From Vulcanimicrobiales bacterium (GTDB taxonomy: Bacteria > Vulcanimicrobiota > Vulcanimicrobiia > Vulcanimicrobiales > Vulcanimicrobiaceae), in assembly GCA_038231455.1 (NCBI GenBank), contig JBBRLI010000016.1:9257-73256 (forward strand): a stretch of DNA of 64,000 bases, written 5' to 3'. Numbering within the stretch: position 1 is the stretch's first letter; each line of letters opens with the position of its first letter. The notes under the pieces were generated by a model. That model saw only the letters and a list, made by a program, of their open reading frames with translations. It was not told the origin of the DNA and did no database searches. Shown piece after piece: positions 57,334-64,000 of the stretch. Made by a program: the position numbers and the translations under genes.

Positions 57334-57672
57334 TCAAGGGCCTCCTTCGTGAATCGCTTCCGTTTTGGCGAGGCGGACGATGTCGGAGACCCGCCGATGT
57401 GATTCGACCGGATGCCGGAGCGGTCGGTCCGTGTTGATGCGATACACGTTTCGTCGTCCGCTACGCTCGCGTTCGATGATGCCGTCGCCGACCAGATCCG
57501 CGAGGATCTGCGAGATTGCGCGCTCCGTGATACCAACGATCTGTGCGAGATCGCGGATCCGCGCCGAGGGATCGAGCGTCAGCGCGATGACGACGTGCCC
57601 GTGGTTACTCAAAAAAGTCCAGCCGCTCCGAGAGCTTGCCGGTCGTACGCCTTTTCCCGACTCGTTCAGCAT
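57334..57672 (-). CDS. Winged-helix transcriptional regulator (MarR/AsnC-like); start may be 57744
   Basis: WTFLSNHGHV...RIRDLA-x2-VGITERA...GRRNVY...LRHP. Confidence 0.85.
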   Translation of the reverse strand: MLNESGKGVRPASSRSGWTFLSNHGHVVIALTLDPSARIRDLAQIVGITERAISQILADLVGDGIIERERSGRRNVYRINTDRPLRHPVESHRRVSDIVRLAKTEAIHEGGP

Positions 57673-57772
57673 CGCGTTCCCTGCAATTCTTTTCGCGTTT
57701 CTATCTTCTATCGTTTCCCTCTCTGAGCAGGGTTCCATCTCCATCTCACTAGCGTCACTAAGAACTATTCCG

Positions 57773-57821
57773 GGATACGGTATCCACAATACTTGACGCC
57801 TCAACGATGTCCCGGTAGCGT
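57773..57821 (+). promoter_or_regulatory. Sigma70-type promoter of the GntR gene with upstream palindrome
   Basis: GGATACGGTATCC 57773-57785; TTGACG 57793-57798, 17 nt, TAGCGT 57816-57821; ATG 6 nt later. Confidence 0.6.
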
Positions 57822-57827
57822 AGCGAC

Positions 57828-58523
57828 ATGGCTAGCACTCCGGATCGGTCCAGCAGCGCCGCCGCGGGGCTCAGCGGTCGCCTCGAGCGACCCCGATCCC
57901 TACGAGATCAGGTTTACGATCGTCTACGCGCTGCGATTCTCTCCGGGGAGCTTGCTGCCGGCGCACCGATCATCGAAGCGGAAATCGCGGCGACGCTCGG
58001 TGCGAGTCGTACACCGATCCGCGAAGCCATGCGACGACTTGAGACCGAGGGGATGCTCGAACCGCGCGGCGCACGAGGCAGTGTCGTACGCGAACTCAAG
58101 CGCGATGAAGTCGAGTGCATCTTCGAGATCCGCGAGGCACTCGAGGCGCTAGCCGCCCGGCGTGCAGCGCGGCGCATGAGCGAGCAGGACGCCGCCGGCC
58201 TCGAACAACTCATCGCGCTGATGCGCAAACATGCCGAAAATTCAGGCGAGATGGAACGCCTCGATACCGAATTCCACGATCGAATTCTTTCGCTTGCCGA
58301 TGGGAATCGACTCAAGCGTATGCTCGGGGATCTCCGTGCGGATATCTTGCCCTGGCGTTTTATCGCCCTTGCAACGAGTGAGCGGCGCGCGGCGACGGCT
58401 GACGAACATTCGGCGATGCTCGCAGCGATGCGCACGCGTAAAGAAGACGCGATCGTCGAAACGACGATCGCGCACATTCAGAATACGAAAGTCGCCGTGC
58501 TTGCCACGGAGAAGCCGGACTAG
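57828..58523 (+). CDS. GntR-family (FCD) transcriptional regulator
   Basis: LRDQVYDRLR...SRTPIREA HTH; FH and EH FCD motifs. Confidence 0.93.
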   Translation: MASTPDRSSSAAAGLSGRLERPRSLRDQVYDRLRAAILSGELAAGAPIIEAEIAATLGASRTPIREAMRRLETEGMLEPRGARGSVVRELKRDEVECIFEIREALEALAARRAARRMSEQDAAGLEQLIALMRKHAENSGEMERLDTEFHDRILSLADGNRLKRMLGDLRADILPWRFIALATSERRAATADEHSAMLAAMRTRKEDAIVETTIAHIQNTKVAVLATEKPD

Positions 58524-59422
58524 CTCTTTGCGGGTGCTTTTGCCTGCGCAACTTCGTGCGCGGCAAGCATTTCGAGGGCGCGCACCATTGCCGAATGATC
58601 CCAGCCGGCGCCGCCGTTTGCGACGCAGGCGTTGAAAAGTTCTTGCGCCATCGCGGTGTTCGGGAGGGAGACGCCGATCGCGCGTGCGCTCTGCAGCGCA
58701 AGGTTGAGGTCTTTTTGGTGCAGAGCGATCCGGAAGCCGGGGTTGAACGTGCGATCGATCATGCGCTGACCGTGCACTTCGAGGATGCGTGAGGCGGCAA
58801 ACCCGCCCATGAGCGCTGCACGCACTTTGTTCGGATCGGCGCCGGACTTCGATGCGAAAAGTAGTGCTTCGCCCACCGCTTCGATGTTGAGCGCGACGAT
58901 GATTTGGTTTGCGACCTTCGTGGTCTGACCGTCGCCGTTACCGCCGATGAGCGTAATGTTTTTACCCATCAGTTCGAAGAGCGGTTTAACTTTGTCAAAC
59001 GCATCTTCCGGACCGCCTACCATGATCGCGAGCGACGCGGCTTTCGCGCCGACTTCGCCGCCGGAGACCGGCGCGTCGAAATACAGGCAGCCCAGATCGT
59101 TGATTTTCTTGGCGAAGGCTTTGGTCTCGGTCGGTGAGATCGAGCTCATGTCGACGACCATCTTGCCCGGGCTCAGTCCTTCGGCGACGCCGTCTCCGCC
59201 GAAGAGCACCGTTGCAACGTCGGGCGTATCCGGCAACATCGTGATGACGATGTCGCTCTTTTGCGCGACTTCTTTACTCGACGCGCAGGCGACGCCACCG
59301 GCAGCGGTGAGTTCTTGCGGCACCTGCGACCGCGTGTGCAGATAGAGCTTGTGACCGGCGGCCTGCAGATGGCCGGCCATCGGCTTGCCCATGATCCCAA
59401 GTCCGATAAATCCGATATTCAA
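58520..59422 (-). CDS. glxR: Tartronate semialdehyde reductase (2-hydroxy-3-oxopropionate reductase)
   Basis: GFIGLGIMG, DAPVSGG, KVANQ, PGFRIALHQKDL; in an operon with gcl and hyi. Confidence 0.93.
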   Translation of the reverse strand: MNIGFIGLGIMGKPMAGHLQAAGHKLYLHTRSQVPQELTAAGGVACASSKEVAQKSDIVITMLPDTPDVATVLFGGDGVAEGLSPGKMVVDMSSISPTETKAFAKKINDLGCLYFDAPVSGGEVGAKAASLAIMVGGPEDAFDKVKPLFELMGKNITLIGGNGDGQTTKVANQIIVALNIEAVGEALLFASKSGADPNKVRAALMGGFAASRILEVHGQRMIDRTFNPGFRIALHQKDLNLALQSARAIGVSLPNTAMAQELFNACVANGGAGWDHSAMVRALEMLAAHEVAQAKAPAKS

Positions 59423-59434
59423 AACGAAGCGCTC

Positions 59435-60232
59435 CTAGACGGCGGCGGGTGCGGCGATACCGTAGGATTTCGCCCAACCCAAGCCCGCTCCAGTTCCATT
59501 GGCCGGAATATATTCGCAACCGATCCAGCCCGTATAACCCGCGTCATCGAGCACCTCGAAGACGAACGGATAGTTGATCTCACCACTCCCTGGTTCGTGG
59601 CGTCCGGGATTGTCGGCGAGCTGAACGTGTCCGATGCGCGCGACGTTCGCGCGAATCGTTGCCGCAAGTTCGCCTTCCATGCGCTGCATGTGATAGATGT
59701 CGTACTGGAACGTAAGGTTCGGCGAGTCGACGGCATCGATCGTGCGGAACGCGTGATCGGACCGTGAGAGAAAGAATCCCGGGACGTCGTAGGTATTGAT
59801 CGCTTCGATCACAAGCTTGATGCCCGCGCGTTCGAGTTCGCCGGCCGCGTATTTGAGATTTGCAACGAACGTGGCCTGCGCGGCTTCGACGCTGACGGAT
59901 TCGTGGCGTTTGCCCGCAAGACAGTTGAGACGTTTACAGTCGAGCGCCTTTGCGTAGGCGATCGCCGTAGCGACGCCCGTGCGGAACTCTTCTTCTCGAC
60001 CGGGGATGCAGGCGATGCCGCGCTCGTTTGCGGCCCAATCGCCGGCGGGAAGATTGAAGAGTACCTGTTCGAGTTTTCCGGCGCGCAGGCGCGTTGCGAT
60101 CTCTCCGGCTTCGAACGCGTACGGAAAGAGAAACTCGACGCCGCGGAAACCGGCCTCGGCGGCGGCCGGGATCCGGTCGAGCATCTCGAGCTCCGTGAAG
60201 AGCATCGTGAGGTTGGCGGCAAATTTCGGCAT
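59435..60232 (-). CDS. hyi: Hydroxypyruvate isomerase
   Basis: MPKFAANLTMLF, EAIN, YDIYHMQ, ADNPGRHEPG, GCEY. Confidence 0.95.
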   Translation of the reverse strand: MPKFAANLTMLFTELEMLDRIPAAAEAGFRGVEFLFPYAFEAGEIATRLRAGKLEQVLFNLPAGDWAANERGIACIPGREEEFRTGVATAIAYAKALDCKRLNCLAGKRHESVSVEAAQATFVANLKYAAGELERAGIKLVIEAINTYDVPGFFLSRSDHAFRTIDAVDSPNLTFQYDIYHMQRMEGELAATIRANVARIGHVQLADNPGRHEPGSGEINYPFVFEVLDDAGYTGWIGCEYIPANGTGAGLGWAKSYGIAAPAAV

Positions 60233-60240
60233 CGGCGTCC

Positions 60241-62004
60241 TTAAATGAGCTGGGGTTCGCGCGCGGGGACATCGACGACGTCTTCGTACTCCTTGATCTT
60301 GTCGATCTCGGCGCCCATCGCGATATTGGTGATGCGTTCGGTAATCACTTCGACGATCACCGGCACGCGCAGGCGCTCGGATTCCGTCTTCGCCCACGAA
60401 ATCGCATCTGCGATTTTTTCCGGATCGAAGACGCGCACGGCACGGCAGCCCATCGCCTCGGCGGCTTTGATGTGATCGACCCCGTAGGCCCCAATCTCGG
60501 GCGCGTTGATGTTCTCAAAACTCAGCGAGACTTCGTAGTCCATCTTATACGGCAGCGAGGCCTGACGGATGAGGCCGAGATACGCATTGTTGAGCAAGAT
60601 CATCACGAAGGGGACCTTGTACTGTGCGGCGACCGCAAGCTCTTCGATCAAGAATTGCAGCGAGTAGTCGCCGACGATGCCCACCACGTTCTTGGCAGGA
60701 TTGGCAAGCTTGGCACCCGTGCACGCGGAGACTTCCCACCCGAGCGGTCCGGCTTGCCCGCAGACGATGTAGTTGCGCGGCTTGTTCACCTTTTGCAGCT
60801 GGCCGGAGAGTATCTGATAGAGGCCGATCGCTGTGATAAACTGGGTGTCATCGTCGAAGGCGGCGTTCACTTCCGCAAAGACACGTTGCGGTTTGACCGG
60901 CGTGTCGGCGTAGTCGGTGCGGCGCAACATCGTGCGCTTGCGTTCTTGCACGCTTGCAACCCATTCCGCGCGATCCGGGACGGAGCCCAGTCGTTTGCGT
61001 TCGCGCGCTTCGGCGACAAGCGCATCGAGTGCGAGGCCCGCATCGGCGACGATGCCAAGTTCGGGACTGAACACGCGTCCGATCTGCGTTGGATCGATAT
61101 CGATGTGCACGAAGGTCTTGCCCTTGGTGTACACCTCGACGCTGCCCGTGTGGCGGTTCGCCCACCGATTTCCGATGCCGATTGCAAAATCGGCCGCCAG
61201 AAAGTTCGCGTTTCCGTAGCGGTGCTGCGTCTGCAGGCCAACCATGCCGGCGTTGAGTTCGTGGTCATCAGGAATCGTACCCCAACCCATGAGCGTCGGA
61301 ATGACGGGCGTCTGCGTAAGTTCGGCTAGCTCGATTAGTTGGGCGCTGGCCTCGGCGTTGATGATGCCGCCGCCCGCGACAATAACCGGACGCTCCGCCG
61401 CGAAGAGCATGTCGATGGCGCGCTTGATCGCCTTCGCACCGGGACGCGGACGCTCGACCGCGAGCGGTTCATCGCACTCGGGATCGTAGTTGATGATCTC
61501 GCGCTGCACGTCGATCGGCAGATCGATATGCACGGGGCCCGGTCGACCGGAACGCATCAGTTGAAACGCTTTGCGGAACACGAAGGGCACCTGCGCGCCT
61601 TCCATCACGGTCACGGACCACTTCGTCACCGGCGCGACGATCGCAGCGATGTCGACGGCCTGGAAATCTTCTTTGTGCAGCTTGGCCCGCGGCGCTTGTC
61701 CCGTGATGCAGAGGATCGGAATACTATCGGCCATCGCCGAGTAGAGGCCGGTCACCATATTCGTACCGGCGGGACCCGAAGTACCGATGTTCACACCGAT
61801 GCGCCCGGCACGCGCACGCGTGTACCCCTCAGCGGCGTGCGAGCCGCCTTCCTCATGGCGAACCAGCACATGGCGAATGGTGCCATCTGCTTGGAGCGCC
61901 TGGTACAGCGGCAAGATTGCCGCCCCTGGCACACCGAACACGAGATCCACGCCTTCGCTACGAAGCACATGCACCGCAGCCTCAATCGCCGTCATCTTCG
62001 CCAT
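60241..62004 (-). CDS. gcl: Glyoxylate carboligase
   Basis: [42 protein letters not shown] ThDP motif; GGAGG RBS. Confidence 0.95.
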   Translation of the reverse strand: MAKMTAIEAAVHVLRSEGVDLVFGVPGAAILPLYQALQADGTIRHVLVRHEEGGSHAAEGYTRARAGRIGVNIGTSGPAGTNMVTGLYSAMADSIPILCITGQAPRAKLHKEDFQAVDIAAIVAPVTKWSVTVMEGAQVPFVFRKAFQLMRSGRPGPVHIDLPIDVQREIINYDPECDEPLAVERPRPGAKAIKRAIDMLFAAERPVIVAGGGIINAEASAQLIELAELTQTPVIPTLMGWGTIPDDHELNAGMVGLQTQHRYGNANFLAADFAIGIGNRWANRHTGSVEVYTKGKTFVHIDIDPTQIGRVFSPELGIVADAGLALDALVAEARERKRLGSVPDRAEWVASVQERKRTMLRRTDYADTPVKPQRVFAEVNAAFDDDTQFITAIGLYQILSGQLQKVNKPRNYIVCGQAGPLGWEVSACTGAKLANPAKNVVGIVGDYSLQFLIEELAVAAQYKVPFVMILLNNAYLGLIRQASLPYKMDYEVSLSFENINAPEIGAYGVDHIKAAEAMGCRAVRVFDPEKIADAISWAKTESERLRVPVIVEVITERITNIAMGAEIDKIKEYEDVVDVPAREPQLI

Positions 62005-62028
62005 AAGAAGAACGCCTCCAAAAAGAAT

Positions 62029-62086
62029 GGATACGGTATACCGTATGCCGTGCGTTCAGACTATCAGGGGCGAGGATCAGCGTCAA
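62029..62086 (-). promoter_or_regulatory. gcl promoter and palindromic operator
   Basis: TTGACG (62086-62081), 17 nt, TAGTCT (62063-62058); perfect palindrome ATACGGTATACCGTAT at 62031-62046 just downstream. Confidence 0.75.
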
Positions 62087-62313
62087 CTGCGTTTCGCTTG
62101 TCAAAAAAGCGCCGCCTCGTCGACGCTCCTTTCGCTCGATCGGCCCAGCGACTCCGCACCCCCCGATCGGAATCGCTCATCTTCGAAATAGGCGTGCTGC
62201 GTTGAGCGTCCTAGCAGCCCCAAAACTGGCGCTGTCCCGAACTGCGGCTGTATACACTCCCTCACAGGTCGGCGGACATGCTGCAGAACTGATCGATCGC
62301 TACAGCGAGACGC

Positions 62314-63390
62314 CTACGGCTTTGCGTGACTCGTGCTCGACTCCCATCCAAGCACTCGGGCGATTAGTTCGCTTCGGTTGCGGCTTCCCGTTCTATCGAG
62401 CATGCTCTTGATGTGATCTTGAACCGTCGAGGACGTGATGTGTAGGTGCGCCGCGACCTGGTCGAGGTGATTCCCGTCCAGCAGTAACTCCAGCACCTGC
62501 ACCTCTCGCGGCGAGATATTAAACCGACTTGCCGGCTTGGTCAGCGAATTTGACGGGAGTGCGCGCTCGATTCGGACGCCGATTGAGAGCCCGGCTGGCC
62601 CCGACATTGGTTGCGCGTGCAAGACCAGAAACGGGGAGAGGTACGCAAAGCCAGGTTTGATCTCCGCGTCGGTGCTCCACGTATGGGTCAATTGACGCAC
62701 GGTTTCTTCGAGGATGACCGGCAAACGTTGCGACATTCGCGGCTCGCGTTCTCCCGTCGCGCTCCGCCGCTTATCGCCGGTCATTGGTGCCATGATGATT
62801 TGGAGATCGGTATCAAGGAGATAGAACGCGTTGATGACGACGTCATCACCGAATGCAGGCGTCGGCGTTCGTTGCTCGGACGCCTCACGCGCGTTATGCA
62901 AGCGCAATGTCGATAACCGTTCCGAAATTGCATCGAGTGCGAACGTCAACACACTGATTTCGATTGAAGTAAACGGCCCGAGTTCCACCGATCGGAGGAG
63001 TGTCAAGATTCCGGACTGCGTTCGGTCGTCCGCGAACACCAATGTTATGCCGCTATCGAATTCTTCAAGGGATCCGATGGTAGCAGCAATTCGCGGGCCT
63101 GCGGCCGAGGTCGCCCGTTGTCGCTCGAGCTCCTCGGCAAGCCCTGCGAGCCCTCTTCCTTCGCGATGCGAGCCGAACAACGACGTCAGTTCGCCCTTGG
63201 GCGTCACCCGCGCGAACGTCCAACATGAGGACGGCACCACGTTCAGCGCAGCCGAAAGGGTTAAAAATATCGGATCGGACGAGGGCATCGCGCCCTGAAG
63301 CGATCGCGCGGGATTCCTGAAAGCCGACGGGTGGGGGCGGGCAGAGCGCGGCGCGGAGATCACTCCGGTCGTGGGTTCTGCATTGTTCAA
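62314..63390 (-). CDS. LuxR-type HTH regulator with uncharacterised N-terminal sensor region
   Basis: ISPREVQVLELL...VAAHLHITSSTVQDHIKSM...NRSEL; start uncertain. Confidence 0.82.
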   Translation of the reverse strand: MNNAEPTTGVISAPRSARPHPSAFRNPARSLQGAMPSSDPIFLTLSAALNVVPSSCWTFARVTPKGELTSLFGSHREGRGLAGLAEELERQRATSAAGPRIAATIGSLEEFDSGITLVFADDRTQSGILTLLRSVELGPFTSIEISVLTFALDAISERLSTLRLHNAREASEQRTPTPAFGDDVVINAFYLLDTDLQIIMAPMTGDKRRSATGEREPRMSQRLPVILEETVRQLTHTWSTDAEIKPGFAYLSPFLVLHAQPMSGPAGLSIGVRIERALPSNSLTKPASRFNISPREVQVLELLLDGNHLDQVAAHLHITSSTVQDHIKSMLDRTGSRNRSELIARVLGWESSTSHAKP

Positions 63391-63548
63391 AGTGCTCGCG
63401 CCTTCGTTCCGTGCTGAGGCTAAAGAGAAAGCCCCATATGTGCTCGTGACTCATCGCCCGAGGATAATGACGTACCCGCTTCATGCACGGACCTATCGGC
63501 TTTCCAGAAAATTGCGCGCAACTTTTGCGGCGAGAGAACAAGCCTCCG

Positions 63549-63938
63549 CTACATCGCAAAACTCGGACCGGTGAAACACCCGATTCGCTCGGCGCTCCGA
63601 AGTCCTCGCGCCAGGCTTTCGAAACTCGATGATTTGGATAGCACACAATTGGCGCCGGCTAAGTGGCAGGCCCGACTTCTCGAGCGCGTTACCGTTCCGG
63701 TGTATACCGCAATGATGCACTCCGGTAGAACGAATCGAATCTGTCGCAACAGTTCAAGCGGATCCACCTCGACGCTATCGATGTCACAGACGAGCATGTT
63801 CGGCGTGAGTCGCCCCAGTTCCGAAACGCTCAGGCGTGCAACCGTGACCAGGCCCGGCCCTCCAGCCTCCCGGAGAATTGCGCAAAATAGCGGCACCTCT
63901 GAAATCGCGATGCCGGCAAGACAACAGGTGTTGGCCAT
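63549..63938 (-). CDS. Stand-alone atypical receiver-domain protein
   Basis: LVCDID, IIAVYTG, AGANCVLSK receiver pattern; no acidic pair after strand 1. Confidence 0.65.
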   Translation of the reverse strand: MANTCCLAGIAISEVPLFCAILREAGGPGLVTVARLSVSELGRLTPNMLVCDIDSVEVDPLELLRQIRFVLPECIIAVYTGTVTRSRSRACHLAGANCVLSKSSSFESLARGLRSAERIGCFTGPSFAM

Positions 63939-64000
63939 GCGGTACCCTCTACGAGCGAGGCGGTAGATCAGCCCACTCGCACTTCGTCCTATCTTAACGC

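Noticed and set aside
1..64000. CRISPR arrays, rRNA, prophage, restriction or other known defence systems
   Set aside because: No regularly spaced repeats or recognisable genes of these kinds were seen by eye.

Overview
GC-rich bacterial chromosome segment. The gene content and style (split flagellar genes, DAB carbon pump, tandem M13 peptidases, copper-amine-oxidase stalk protein) suggest a soil Terrabacteria lineage such as Candidatus Eremiobacterota/Vulcanimicrobiota; this is an inference only. Housekeeping blocks: flgB-flgC-fliE, an MsbA-like ABC exporter, a Moco/queG/rfbC cluster, phoU, recG-rsmD-coaD-ylbL, hisF-hisIE, tRNA-Gly/tRNA-Cys, and rplJ-rplL with an L10 leader. Accessory or unusual parts: (1) an AT-richer island at about 5.35-9.74 kb where four IS3-family pieces have broken up what looks like a toxin-immunity array (a decapitated NlpC/P60-like papain domain coupled to a lipoprotein); (2) a photolyase-family protein with most CPD-pocket residues, the FAD N5 residue and the distal Trp-triad residue substituted; (3) several conserved genes with no usable ATG/GTG/TTG start (rfbC ATT, recG TTA, an M13 peptidase ACG/ATC, and a PP2C gene starting directly after a tRNA CCA); (4) a TlpA thioredoxin fused to a family-5 ABC binding protein; (5) an M48 plus triple M13 secreted peptidase array; (6) a wHTH-dabB-dabA-PII inorganic-carbon pump locus beside a GntR-controlled gcl-hyi-glxR glycerate pathway, with a readable shared operator. 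No rRNA, CRISPR array or phage was seen. All family calls come from recognising motifs by eye; no searches were run.
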